Positions 1 through 13,283 of a DNA stretch of 64,000 bases are shown piece by piece. The DNA is from Octopus sinensis (lineage: Eukaryota), in NCBI RefSeq assembly GCF_006345805.1, contig NC_043010.1, forward strand, positions 46,004,001 through 46,068,000, read 5' to 3'. A program made the translations under genes and the position numbers. Within the stretch, counting starts at the first letter, position 1; every line of letters begins with the position of its first letter. The notes under the pieces are model-generated. The model ran no database searches. It saw nothing but the letters and a program-made list of their open reading frames with translations, and was not told the origin of the DNA.

Positions 1-490
1 GAGGCCAGAAACTGGAGCTGCTGAAGTTGCAGAAATTCTCCAACAACTACTTCTGACTCATTCCAGAGGCATGGCAAGGAGCTGATTCCTGCTCCAGCTT
101 CATATAGCTGTCTGAATTAAGCCTAACGCCTTGTTTCTAAAGTTGCCGGATGCAGTCAGAATGCCTGCTGTTTCTCTTCCTGCAGGTTACAACTTCGTAC
201 TCTTCATTGCAGCTGTTCGTGTCACATTTTACAGCCTTTACAGTGTTCACAGAGCATTGAGTAGCAATCATGGTGTCAACATTTTGTAACCTGAGGCAAA
301 TTGTCATAATATAGGTTAATTCTTTTCCAGTATTCAATTGGCTTCCAGTTCTCCATGTAAGCTAACTTTCCCTCTACTACAGCTTAAATCATTATGCTCT
401 CCAATGCCATTAATAGTTCACAAATGCATCAAACCTTTCCTGAAGAAAAGAATCATAAATCATAGTCAAATTTAGCCAGAATACCTTGTA
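1..490 (-). mobile_element. Internally deleted Tc1/mariner-superfamily (maT/DD37D-like) transposon remnant, running off the window start
   Basis: Minus strand reads MIATQCSVNTVKAV..RKRNSRHSDCIR, then jumps to GVRLNSDSYMKL/EQESAPCHASGMSQK*LLENF..FWP, resembling the QDSAPCH..WPP region. A TIR-like end TA|CAAGGTATTCTGGCTAAATTTG lies at ~490. Confidence 0.6.
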
Positions 491-512
491 TGTGTATATA
501 TATATATATATA

Positions 513-820
513 GGTGGAGGCACAATGGCTCAGTGGTTAGGGCAGTGGACTCGCTGTCGTACGATTGCGGTTTCGATTCCCAGACCGGGTGTTGTGAGTG
601 TTTATTGAGCGAAAACACCTAAAGCTCCACAAGGCTCTGGCAGTGGGTGGTGGCGATCCCTGCTGTACTCTTTCACCACAACTTTCTCTCACACTTTCTT
701 TTCTTGGCCTGCTCGCTTAGCCAGCGGGGTGGCGTCATTTGAAGGCTAAAAACAATGCAAAGCGCATTGTGACCAGCGATGTGTAGCAACATCTGATAGC
801 CTGGTCGGTCACGGTGATAT
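513..820 (+). mobile_element. tRNA-derived SINE (octopus OR2-like family)
   Basis: A box TGGCTCAGTGG and B box GTTTCGATTCC. Same family recurs at 28445-28742 (-) and 62881-63030 (+). Confidence 0.85.
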
Positions 821-3326
821 ATATATATATATGACATATTTCCACACGTTTTCCACCTACCAAATTTACCCATAAGCCATTGGTCAGCTTAGGGTTATAG
901 TAGAAGACATTTGCCCAAGGCGCATTGAGACTGAACCCAAAGCCACATGGTTGCAAAGCAAGCTTCTTTACCACAAAGTGCTTATCAAAATAATTTAAAA
1001 TAGAACTATTGTATGGCCATGTGGTTAAATTTAATGTTTAGGGTATTTTAGCATTGAAATGAGGTAATAATCCAAATAAGGCGATAATCTCCCAGTCTGT
1101 CAAATAACAAACAGCTGTGGAAAATCAGAAGCAAACAACAATGTAAAAATGAGCCTTCTGTTTACAAAGATGGTGCAACATGTCAAGAGACCCACACCTG
1201 TTTTTTCAGTAGACTCTGCCACAAGTAGATGACACCATTAGCAAATATATTGTTTACAACTAGCAAATGAACATGTGTAGACATAGAAACCTGAACTCTC
1301 ACACACACACACACATGCACACATGATGGGCTGCTTTCAGTTTCTGTCTACCAATTTCACTCCCAAGGCTTTGGTCAGCTCAGAGTTATAGTAGGTACCA
1401 CAAGTATGACTGAACCCCAAATCATCTGGTTGGGAAGTGAGTTTCTTAACCAAACAGCCATAACTAAACCTATTTTTTTATCAATAAACTTAAGGAAGCT
1501 CTTAACTTTGCTGAAATTAACAGCAAGAGAGAAAGAGGGTGTGAACCAAATAACAACACCTTAGCAACATGCAGGCCCAAGGAAACCACTTACACATCCA
1601 GCCTAAACCTACCTAAAAGACAACACTGCATAGTTACTTGATTCACACTTGCTTTTTTTCAATATTAGACCCTGCCAAAGTTAGACTTTCCTTTAGAGAA
1701 TTGATAAACATTTTCCTCTCTCACACAGGTATAGAAAGCTTTTCAGTAGACAAACTTAAGGTCTCCATCAGTTGTGCAGCCAACATAGAGAGAATCCATT
1801 TGTTGAAAATTCTTCAGGCTATTTTTGGTAGAGATTTTTTTTATTTATTCTTTTTATAAACATTTTCAAAGAAAGAAAAAATACCCCAAAATAAGGGCAC
1901 AGATTTTAGCAAGTATTTTAGATATTTTCTTTTGTTAGAAAAAAAGTATGTCTGTAATAATAGTTTTAGAAAGTAAAAGCCATTTGCTGTGGAATAAAAA
2001 AACTAGTTAATCATAGTTTGAAATTTTGTGTGATATTTTAGTATTGATATCAAGATAAAGAATCAAACCATTTGCAATCATAATTTTTTAAAAAATTTTA
2101 TTCTTTTCAAATCTACAATTTATTATTATTATTCTGGAAAAAAAACCCACAACAGTAGCTTATATAGGATTACTGACACACAGAACATTTTGAATACTAA
2201 AATACCAAAAACAATAAATTTTAAAATATCTATCACTCAATACTAAGACAGTTTTGAAATTCAATCTCTAAAGAATGTTAGATATTAAATACCCATAACA
2301 TTAGTTCTACAGTTAATGTAAATTTTTTTAAAACTACGTTTCTCAGGACCAAATATGGAAGTATTAAACCTTTACCAGATTACTGAGTCATGCTAAAGGG
2401 TAATTTTCCTTATACGTTGATGGTCAATTCATCATCTTTTGAGGATATCTCTTTTTCTTTCTTTTTTTTCTTTTACTTGTTTCAGTCATTTGACTACGGC
2501 CATGCTAGAGCACCGCCTTTAGTTGAACAAATCGACCCCAGGACTTATTCTTTGTAAGCCTAGTACTTATTCTATCGGTCTCTTTTGCTGAACTGCTAAG
2601 TTACGGAGACATGAACACACCAACATCAGTTGTCAAGCGATGGTGGGGGAACAAACACAGACATACACACACACACACACACACACACATGCACACAGTG
2701 ACAATCATTTACAACCATCACACAATGTCAAAGTAAGGAGACATAAACATACACACACTCACACACAGATGCATATACATACATATGCACACACATACAC
2801 ACACACACACACACACGTACACACACACACACGTACACACACACACACATGTGACACTATGCACTTCTGATATTTTTACTCGTTTGGAAAATATTCTTGG
2901 AATATTTTTTGTGTGATGTCTGTTTCTGTCTCTTTCTTTTCCTTTGCCTCACTTTTGCCTTCCTCCCACTCTCTTGCTCTCTCTTACCCTCCCTAATACT
3001 TTACTTCTCTCTTCATTCTGACTTCTTGTCTGTCCTTCTCTCATCTCCAGTCCTACAGGACATTTTCATTTTCCCTTGTCTGTCTTGTGTCTTTTTTTGG
3101 TGTATATGTATGTTTTATTTTGTTGCATTTGTTTTCGTCATTTTCCTGTACATTTGTTATCTATTCCCAGTGGCTTTTCGCCACTAGTGCTACCAAAAGT
3201 GAACAATATCAATGTTAAAGGCTTGAAATTGTAATGATCTTTTGGATGTTGTCTGGTGAGGAATAAGCTACGAATTTTCTGTTTGTTATGCTTTTGTAAA
3301 ATTTTCCACTCATGTTTTTGTTAAAT

Positions 3327-3376
<50 letters not shown>

Positions 3377-3439
3377 ATATATATATATTGTTACACCACA
3401 TGCGACCTCCCAAAACCACCTACAACACAACAGTTCGTG

Positions 3440-3700
3440 TCCGATAGCACACACTTTGACTACCCCTATGGCCTTATCCACCAATTTCTTTTCAAGACGT
3501 ATGCCCACACCTCTGCTCCATTGCTGTTACCTTCCCAGAAGATTTTATACCTATGTGTCATGCCTGTAAGGAATCTGGCTGAAGCTCCTTTCCATCTTAC
3601 TTCTTGAATGCAACATACATCAACACACCTCCATTCAAGTATCTCAACAATCTTGCTAGACCTACCTTTTAATGTGCCTACATTGACAGTGTAACTCTGA
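3440..3700 (-). mobile_element. RTE-clade LINE fragment, N-terminal AP endonuclease
   Basis: Minus translation TVNVGTLKGRSSKIVEILEWRCVDVCCIQEVRWKGASARFLTG..YKIFWEG matches the APE N-terminal motifs. Confidence 0.85.
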
Positions 3701-4106
3701 AAACTGGGAATGGGATGTGGGAGGGAATATGAGAAAGAGAGATGGTATTCAGCACCAGAAAAGAAGGTTTTAGTGATTGTTTGATAACAGACATGTCATA
3801 TAAGCTGTTCTCACTTTAACCAACTATCATTCAAAAATGTTAAGATTGTTGAATAGAAGGGTAAGTGGTAAAAAAAAGCATTAAAGTGAATGGGTGAAAG
3901 GAGCAAAGGATGAGAAGCATTAAGAGTTCAGGTTGCATAGAAAGTTAAGGAGTACTGCATAGCAAGATATCATTTGCACAGGTAATTAGTCATATTAAAG
4001 AAAGAGTGTTGGTGACATAACTGAACTTTAAGATATGTCATAGTTTATAGTATGTTAGTCAGAGAGAAAGAGAGCAAGAAATGAATAAAGACCAATAGTT
4101 AACTTA

Positions 4107-4668
4107 GAAAGGACTCTTTTACTCTTTTACTTGTTTCAGTCATATGACTGTGGCTATGCTGGAGCACCACCTTTAGTTGAGCAAATCGACCCCAGGACTT
4201 ATTCTTTGTAAGCCTAGTACTCATTCTATCGGTCGCTTTTGCCGAACTGCTAAGTTATGGGGATGTAAACACACCAGCATCGATTGTCAAGCGATGTTGG
4301 CGGGACAAACACAGGCACACAAACTTATACACATATACATGCACACACACACACATATATATACAATAGGCTTCTTTCAGTTTCCGTCTACCAAATCCAC
4401 TCACAAGGCTTTGGTTGGCCCGAGGCTATAGTAGAAGACACTTGCCCAAGGTACCACGCAGTGGAACTGAACCCAAAACCATGTGTGTAAGCAAGCTACT
4501 TTATTTCAATGAATTTGCCACTAGGGCAGTACACAGAGTAGCTGCGGGCTGGACAAAAAACATTAATGCAGTGGGGATAATAATGATGAACGAAAATGGG
4601 AGGGGCACTGGCGCCCGCCGACCAATAACTACTTACCACACAGCCACTCATACGCCTGGTTTAAAAAA
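4107..4668 (-). mobile_element. tRNA-derived SINE (OR1-like), near full length, with an internal ~130-bp insertion
   Basis: Family body (gactgaaacaagtaaaagag tail, GT microsatellite, gaaactgaaagaag core). The head is split at 4501-4629. Confidence 0.85.
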
Positions 4669-5582
4669 AAAATTTTTTTATTTAATTTTTTTATTTTTTT
4701 GGTAGCTGATCATCTCTATCTGAACAGACATACTGTACATACGAAGCTAACTCTGAAGGAAGTATTTGATTTTGTTTTAAGCTATAAAAATGGTAAAGAA
4801 TTTGCTTAGAAAGATTTGGTTGTTATATAAAATTTGTAAAGCTGTTGTATAGAAGTGGAATCATTGGCTCAACTAAACTTAGCAATTAGTATTTATTATT
4901 GTTATCATGTTATTTGTTCTTGTTATGAGTAAACTCAAATCAGTGATCATGAAACATTTCATCACAGTACAAGAATACCAATCAAAAGTTTTGTGATGAT
5001 TCTACAACAAAGATTCTTGAAACTGTTTTTAAAGACTGTTGTTTGTGATGACAGCTGCTATTGTGTAATAATAATTTTGCTTCAAAGCAGGTCAGCAACC
5101 TGCTTCTTCTTGCAGTAAACTGAAACCGTTTTTGTACTCTTCACATAATTTACTAAAGCTAATGGCACACCAATTAATGCTGCAACTTCTGATGTCATCT
5201 GCTTTGAAAATCTTAGATAAAAAAGAATAATTACTGTTGTATTTTGAGTAATAATTGGTTGAGGATGACGTTTGAGATCATAGAAGACTTGTGTCTGACA
5301 TTAATCTCATTCAGTACCTCACATTTAAGAATTTTACTCTTTTGATACCACTGCATCTGATACCAATGCACTTTTGTTCTTTGGTACAAATTTCCTGTTT
5401 TAAAGTAATCCATACACCATCTTTATAATGACAAAGAAATTTTACTGAATTCTTCATTATTTTCAAAACTAACTGAAAAAATGTTAATGCATTTCAAAAA
5501 GAAATATGGAACCAAAAGAGTTAAATCATGCCATGGCTGATGTTTTGCTTTTTCCCATTCCAGGAGCAATAAAATATATACC

Positions 5583-5807
5583 TATTTCTTTACTACCCAC
5601 AAGGGGCTAAACACAAAGAGGACAAACAAGGACAGACAAACGGATTAAGTCGATTATATTGACTCCAGTGCGTACTTATTTAATTGACCCTGAAAGGATG
5701 AAAGGCAAAGTCGACCTCGGCGGAATCTGAACTCAGCACATAGTGGCAGACAAAATACCGCTAAGCATTTCATCCGACATGCTAACATTTCTGCCAGCTC
5801 CCCACCT
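5583..5807 (-). mobile_element. SINE (OK-like family) with 18-bp target-site duplication
   Basis: AGCAATAAAATATATACC flanks both ends. The body matches copies at 19209, 20840, 52229 and 61082. Confidence 0.9.
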
Positions 5808-6054
5808 TAAGCAATAAAATATATACCAGTTGATAAACTAGGACTGCTTCCTTTCTTTACAAAACTAGGAATAGTGACCCAATACACATCCAACAGAACA
5901 TGCCTGCTTCAGTTCTTTCTAGGTTTCTTAACACTTCTATCTCCAAGGCCAGTTTCATTACCATGCAGCATTGCAGTTCTAACACAAGCATCATACAATC
6001 TACTTTTCACTCTGTAGGAAAAAATCTTTGTTGCAAACAATGGTGATACATGCA

Positions 6055-6090
<36 letters not shown>

Positions 6091-6399
6091 CCTAGCTTTA
6101 GGTAGAAGAAAATACAGGAGGATCAGTTAATTATGATTTTATTCAACATATTCCCCTCTTAGATTCACACACTTATTGCAACAGTCCTTCAGAATTTCTA
6201 AGCCTTGTAAAAGAACTCAGAAGGTTGGGTCTCCAACCAAGCCTTTTGCAATACCCTTAAAGCCAGGAACTTTTCAGTATCCTCTCATAAATAAATGTGT
6301 TTTTGTGTGTGTGAATGTATGTATGTAATTCAAAATTTTCCCTAGAATTTGGTGGTGATGGTTCATACACCTCAATGACTCTGAGAGCCATGCAAGTAG

Positions 6400-6790
6400 A
6401 ATGCATGTTCCTGATGTGGCCTTCTACGCTGAACAGGTTAAAGGACAGAATCTAGACTTATATGAACCACATCTGCTCGGAGACAAAAATGGGTTTTCAT
6501 AGGGCCAACTCCTACTTACAAAAGAAAAAAAAAGGCGAAGTGATAGAAGCATCAATGGCAATTCAAAATCAACAGGACCTGGGAGAGGAAGGCCTTGTCA
6601 CAGAGAAACATGTGCCACAAGCTGGAAGCCACAAAGAAAGCAGAAGAACTGATGTCCTGGAGTTGGGATATTGAGGTAGAACTGAAAAAGCAGGGATCCA
6701 ACCAGACAGAAGAAGAAAAGACAACCTAGGGTCAAGAACAATGGCAAAAAGTTGTCGATGGTCTATGTTCTATAGAGAATGAAGGGCTAG
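6400..6790 (+). mobile_element. Decayed 3' end of an RTE/BovB-type LINE ORF
   Basis: ..SWSWDIEVELKKQGSN...QEQWQKVVDGLCS resembles the RTE C-terminus. Confidence 0.6.
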
Positions 6791-7144
6791 AGTAAGTGAG
6801 TATGGGTTGACTGAAGGCTACTGTAATGGATACTGCCTTGGAGTGGGATTGAACCCTGGAACCTGTGATTGAGAAGTGAACTTCTTAAGCATTTATATTA
6901 TCTACAGATACATATATATCTATATGTATTCTTTTACTAGTTTCAGTCATTTGACTGTGGCCATGCTGGAGCACTACCTTAATGGCTTTTTAATTGAAGA
7001 AATCAACCCCAGGACTTATTCTTTGTAAGCCTAGTGCTTATTCTATCAGTCTCATTTGCAATACAGCTAAGTTACAAGGTTGTAAACACACCAACACTGG
7101 TTGTCAAGCAGTGATAGGCGGACAAAGACAGACACAAAGACATA

Positions 7145-7462
7145 TCATCATCATCATCGTTTAACATCCGTTTTCCATGCTAGCATGGGTTGGACGGTTT
7201 GACCTGGGATCTGGGAAGCCAGAAGGCTGCACCAGGCTCCGGTCTTATCTGGCAATGTTTCTACAGCTGGATGCCCTTCCTAACGCCAACCACTCCGTGA
7301 GTGTAGTGGGTGCTTTTTACGTGCCACCTGCACTGGTGCCAGGCGAGGCTGGCATCGGCCACAGTCGGATTGGTGCATTTTACGTGCCACCTGCACGGAA
7401 GCCAGTCGAGGTGGCACTGGCTTCAGCCACAATTCAGATGGTGCTTTTTACGTGCCACCGAC
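7145..7462 (-). mobile_element. RTE-type LINE 3' end with (GAT)n tail and internal tandem repeats
   Basis: catcatcatcgtttaacatccgttttccatgc end and three gtgcttttacgtgccacc-like repeats. Homologous to 27640, 53395 and 56570. Confidence 0.75.
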
Positions 7463-7621
7463 ATATATATGACAGGCTTCTTTCAGTTTTTGTCTACCAA
7501 ATCCACTCACAAGACTTTGCTTGGCCTAATACTATAGTTGCCCAAGTTGTCACACAGTGGGACTGAACTCAGAACCTTGTGGCAGGGAAGCAAGTTTCTT
7601 ACCACACAGCTACACATGTGC

Positions 7622-7654
<33 letters not shown>

Positions 7655-8016
7655 ACACACACACACAGATGTATGTATGTATGTAAGTAAACACATACAC
7701 CTACACGGAGTAATTGACATACACATATGTACACATACACACATATATGTATGTTTGTAAAGTGTTTACAAGGTCACTGCCATACATATATACATACTAC
7801 CATTATGTAAGTGGTAATGCAGTTGATAAGTGTTTCTTATCATGATGTTGATTATGATAATCATGATAATGGTGGTGATGGTGGTGGTGGTGGTGGTAGT
7901 AGTAGTAGTAGTAGTGGTATGTGATTGGCAGATTTTTATCCAGAACATTCTGAGCTATTTACTATCAGAAGCTCTTCACCACGACAGCATAGAAGAGAAG
8001 CTTTCTGTAGATATAT

Positions 8017-8053
<37 letters not shown>

Positions 8054-8350
8054 AAAATTCATGCATACAAGCATGCAACTACACATGTATGTGCATACAT
8101 GCACACACTCACACACCTGCATATACACATCCATACACACACCCATAGCATACACGTTCAAATCTACATAGACACACATACATCCATGCATCCACAGACA
8201 TGTAAACACACACACATATATCCACACATACACACACATCAATACATACACACAAGCACACATACACACAGACACACATACATACACACGTACACACACT
8301 CACATACTCACACAGACACACACACACTCACAGACAGACATCCACACACA

Positions 8351-8387
<37 letters not shown>

Positions 8388-9093
8388 ACACATACACATG
8401 AATACACACACATATACATACATACACAAAAACACATATGTACACGCATACATCCGTGCATGCATGCATGCACATGTAAACACACACACATACATGCACA
8501 CATGCACACACACATACACACACACGTACACACACCTACATACACACACACATGCACACACACACACATGCACACATTGCAGTAGTGGTAGGGATAGGGG
8601 TGATAGAACTGAGCAGTAATGTTGAAGGCATGTTGACGTATGCCTTGCAACTATGTCAGTTCAAGAGGTGAGGTAGGGATAGAGAGAGAATTACGTCTCT
8701 TATTTCTTCAGTCTAATCTGATAGGAAATTTATTCTGTCACTGACCATTACAGAGGACAGACTTAATCACACACACACACACACACAAAAACACACACAT
8801 ATACAAACATATGCAGTTGCATACAGACATGTATCCTCACTTACATTGATACATATGCTAATAATTTTCTAAGGCAGTTCAGTTGTTGGTTTATGATTCA
8901 AAATATATATATATATGTGTGTGCACATACAAATATATAGACATACATGCATACATCCATTCATATACATAAACACATATATATACACACATCACACAGA
9001 TATATATATACACTCACACACACATATACACACATATATGTGCATGCATGCGCACAGATAATTGCCTGCATACACACGTACACACATATATAC

Positions 9094-9379
9094 AACAATT
9101 GCAGCGTGGAAGGTGTTTGTAAGCCATTTAAAAAACACACAAAAGCCGTTCGATTCACTTCAACATTTAAGTTTAATTTGTCAAAATATTTTCATCGCTA
9201 AAATCCGCGACCTGTTCACTGACAAAAATCCGTGCTGCATCGGATTTTTGTCAGTGAACAGGTCGCGGATTTTAGCGACGAAAATATTTTGACAAATTAA
9301 ACTTAAATGTTGAAGTGAATCGAACGGCTTTTGTGTGTTTCTTAAATGGCTTACAAACACCTTCCACGCTGCAATTGTT
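9094..9379. repeat. 139-bp-arm inverted repeat of a Penelope-like terminal repeat
   Basis: Arms 9094-9232 and 9241-9379, 2 mismatches, 8-nt spacer. The right copy continues to ~9434. Confidence 0.9.
9247..9296 (+). ncRNA. Minimal type I hammerhead-like motif with G3-C8 core variant (mirror copy on - strand at ~9176-9225)
   Basis: Stem I tttgtca/tgacaaa; core GTGAACA plus an extra G; stem II gtcgc/gcgac; GAAA; palindromic stem III AAATATTT; UH = TT. Confidence 0.6.
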
Positions 9380-9904
9380 TTCGTTTCAGCACACGATCTC
9401 AGATCAAATCACTTGCTATGCGAGTACATCTCCATATATATATATATATATATATATTATTATTATATGTGTGTAAAAAAATTATACATGAATGGAAAAG
9501 CCACTTAGTGTTTTACCAACATGCTAGAAATAGGAGTTCTTTATTTCATGTTACTCCAGTTCACTCAGCTGTAGAAATGAGTTGCGACATCACTGGTGCC
9601 AAGCTGTATCGGCCTTTGCCTTTCCCTTGGATAACATCAGTGATGTGGAGAGGGGAGGCTGATATGCATGGGCAACTGCTGACCTTCCATAAACAACCTT
9701 GCCCGGACTTGTACCTCGGAGGGTAACTTTCTAGGTGCAATCCCATGGTCATTCATGACCAAAGGGAGTCACCCCCAACGATGTTGAACAGTAAGTTAAT
9801 AAATTAATTAAAAAAATAATTAAGAGAATCCTTACTTTTCTAATATGAAATTGTTGATTTACTTGCCCTTTTTGACTTTTTTTCCTTTATTATCAGCTCA
9901 GTGT

Positions 9905-10280
9905 ACTATGTCAAGTCCAACAGAAGCAAAAGTGATGGAAAATTCAGATTTCTTTAGTACTGCACTATGTCAAGAAAATGCAGGGCCTTTGGAGATTGCA
10001 GAGATGTAATTCAGTGAAAAAATTAATGATAAAGCACTTCCAACATGTCAAGAAGTGCCATCAAAATTTTGCATGTCACAAAAACAATTTGTGCCTGGAA
10101 AGACATTCGACTTTGTCAAGGATGCAAAGAAGCACTCATACTGCCAGTCTTGTTCAAGGAGACCCTGTGGCTTCATTATGATATTCAGCATGATGCTATC
10201 ATCTGCTCTTATGCTGAAGGAGTTCGGAATAACAGAATTACAACACCTAAGGAAACTGCTATTTTGACTTGTGTAGCATA
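9905..10280 (+). mobile_element. Decayed hAT transposase N-terminal fragment (TTF-type zinc-finger region)
   Basis: With one stop and one frameshift it reads ..SYCQS/LFKETLWLHYDIQHDAIICSY.., matching the SCQ..WF..WLHYD..DA..C pattern. Confidence 0.6.
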
Positions 10281-10658
10281 ACTCCAACACCTTACTGTTA
10301 TAATTTATCCTCTACCATAGGAACTGAATTAATTGCATAAGAACTTGCTACCCCTGAGATTAATTGTAATTAAGCAAAATCAAAAATATAAAAGTCTAGA
10401 AATGATGAAACCAATGTGGTTATTGAAAACTGAAACAATTACCATTTTATGGTGCCCTGGTGAAGGCAAGAAAAATTGAAAGCAAATACATAATGAAGAC
10501 ACCAGAATTTATACAGATACAGGTGTGGCTGTATGGTAGGAAGTTTGCTGCTCAACCACATGGTTCTGGGTTCAGCCCTTCTACTATGGCCTTGAGACAA
10601 CCAAAGCCTTGTGAGTGGATTTGGTAGACAGAAACTTAAAGACACCTGTTGAATACAT

Positions 10659-10680
<22 letters not shown>
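10277..10680 (+). repeat. ~400-bp direct repeat, copy 1 (copy 2 at 17832-18238)
   Basis: Near-identical unique sequence plus the same internally deleted SINE in both copies. Confidence 0.95.
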
Positions 10681-10691
<11 letters not shown>

Positions 10692-10734
10692 ACACACACA
10701 CACACAACACACACACACACACACACACACACAT

Positions 10735-11215
10735 ATTACATGAAAAATGCCTGCAACAATTTGAAGGCGATCAGAAAATCAAAAAAGCTCAACATGAAAT
10801 TGCCAAAATGAATGGAAAACTGCTACTCCTCTGTCCTAGGCTGGTCAACAGAAGAGGTCCAATCATTCTTCATGTCAATACTTGACCAAATGTTTCACTA
10901 ATGATGCTCCAGAAGTTGAGGGAACTTTGCTACAAAGTTATTCCCCACCCAGCTTATTCCTCAGACCTTTCTCCTACTGATTACCATTTTTTCAAGCATC
11001 TTGATGGTTTTCTGCAAGTGGAGTTCAAAAATCAAACCAATGCTGAAAGTGCGTTCAAAAAGTTCATCAGCTCCGGAACTCCAGATTTGTAACTCATTTC
11101 AAGATGTGTTGATTGTAGTGGTACTTACTTTGATGAATAAAGTTTCTGCATTGTTAAAATATATTGTGATGAATTCCATGTTTCAAAATGTTGCTTACTT
11201 TTTACTCAGCCTGAC
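10735..11215 (+). mobile_element. Decayed mariner transposase 3' fragment with right-end remnant
   Basis: LVNRRGPIILHVN..LQKLRELCYKVIPHPAYSSDLSPTDYHFFKHLD (YSPDL-SP-DY motif). Confidence 0.9.
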
Positions 11216-11614
11216 AGCAAGTGTTGATGCTAATGCAGCTTATTCTATCTTGTACATATGTAAAAGTGCTTCAAATTATTCCAAAATATATTCTACCCTC
11301 GCTTTGGCAATGAAACTTTCCATGAGGATGTGCAAAGCATTTTTATTGCACAAGTTTTATTGCACATGCATTATGGTATAGTGAGTTAGATGGTACTGCG
11401 TCATTGTGGTATGGAGCCAGGTCTTCAAATGGTGAAGTGCACTGAACATTCTCTTTCTTGATTATTCTGTCTTTGCATCAATCAAGAGAACATTCAACAC
11501 ACTTCGTTGTTTGAAGACCTGACTCTGTACCACAATGATGCAGCACTGCCTGACATACTGTGCCATAATGCATTGGTTTTGAACTGGTTAATCACCCTCC
11601 CTATTTTAGAGATT

Positions 11615-11880
11615 TGGTTCCATTTGACTATCGTCTGTTTTCCAATATGAAAAAACACTTGGTTGGACACCAGTATCGTTGTGATGACGACATCTTATTT
11701 GCTGTTGATGACTTTTTTTACCAACAGGATAGCTTCTTCACTAATGCAATCCAAGTACTGCAACACTGATGGAAGCATGTGGACAGTAAGAGGAACTATG
11801 TTAAAAAATGAATGTCATTTGGTCACCACATTCCATGAGAGTGTCTTGCTCAGCCTATGAACATTCCAGCCAACCCTTAT
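11615..11880 (+). mobile_element. Mariner C-terminal fragment and right TIR (second family)
   Basis: FDYRLFSNMKKHLVGHQYRCDDD..; ends tatgaacattccagccaacccttata. Same TIR family as 63733. Confidence 0.75.
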
Positions 11881-12052
11881 AATAAAAATTATTATTATAC
11901 CTGCATTTTATTAACATTGAAAAAATTTTGGACCTGGGTTTGCACCCCTTAAGCAAATCTCATTCCTGGGTTACTGATTTAGTTGAAAAAGAAAGTGTCT
12001 GTTTTCAGTCCTTCTAATCTCTACCATCATATATTCTTATTTTGTTATAACC

Positions 12053-12167
12053 ATCCTGTTGACCCACAAATTTTGTCAATCCAATCATCATCATCATCAT
12101 CAAAAGTGGACGTTAAACGATGATGATGATGATGATCGGATTGACAAAATTTGTGGATCAACAGGAT
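12053..12167. repeat. ~49-bp-arm inverted repeat around an RTE tail remnant
   Basis: atcctgttgacccacaaattttgtcaatcc(aat)(cat)n is mirrored after a 17-nt spacer. Confidence 0.85.
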
Positions 12168-12348
12168 AGCAAAAAATCTGCAGCTGCTTCAATACATTTG
12201 ATACTACACTCTATGATGAAAATTTGGTATGATCCAGAAATTTCCTTTCAAAGGCATAAATTCTATAAGAGTTGAGTGGAATATTGAAATAAATTTTGCT
12301 TCACTCTCTGCAGTGTATTTATCATCACCACCACCACCACCACCACCA

Positions 12349-12416
<68 letters not shown>

Positions 12417-12568
12417 TCTCTCTCCCTTCTCTCTTTCCTTTTCTCTCTTTCTCCCTTTCTTTTTTTTTCTCTTTCTCTCTCCTCTCTCTTCTTTTCTCTT
12501 TTTCTCTTCTCTCTTTCTCTCTTTCTTTTCTCTCTTTTTCTCTCTTTTTCTCTCCCCTCTTTCTCTCG

Positions 12569-12630
<62 letters not shown>

Positions 12631-13035
12631 TACACACACAAACATATGCATGTGCTGACATGTTGGGGCAAGTCTTTCCTTCGATTCATTTCAACCATTA
12701 CAGAAAGACTCTATCTAGAGAACACTGATAAAGTGTTACCCCAAAAGGAACCATATGATTTTCAATCTAAAATATCAAACATTTGTGTTGATCTTACAAT
12801 GTAAATCTTTCAGTGATTTTTATCTCATAAAATGTTCGATAACTTGAGCTTACTCAAGATTTTTGAATCCAGAAAATATTGCTTGTAGCATATCAAGGCC
12901 TATTATTTCACTGAATGTAACATCAGAACAGCATCATAAGCAGATCAATAAGAAATGGAGGGAGTTTACATTTTAGGAAGCACTAACAGTATTAGAGAAG
13001 AATCTAGAAAAGTTTTGTTACATTTCACAAGAAAT

Positions 13036-13207
13036 AGGCGTAGGAGTGGCTGTGTGGTAAGTAGCTCACTTATGAGCCGCATGGTTCCGGGTTCAGTCCC
13101 ACTGTGTGGTACCTTGGGCAAGTGTCTTCTACTATAGCCTCGGGCCGACCAAAGCCGTGTGAGTGGATTTGGTAGATGAAACCTGAAAGAAGCCAGTCGT
13201 ATATATG

Positions 13208-13283
<76 letters not shown>

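Noticed and set aside
513-590. tRNA gene
   Set aside because: tRNA-like SINE head continuing into the SINE body; no complete cloverleaf.
4760-5480. Semi-open frames on both strands
   Set aside because: Multiple stops in all frames and no motif recognised.
7300-7462. Spaced direct repeats resembling a CRISPR array (also 56570-56760)
   Set aside because: Part of the RTE LINE 3' UTR, eukaryotic context, no cas genes.
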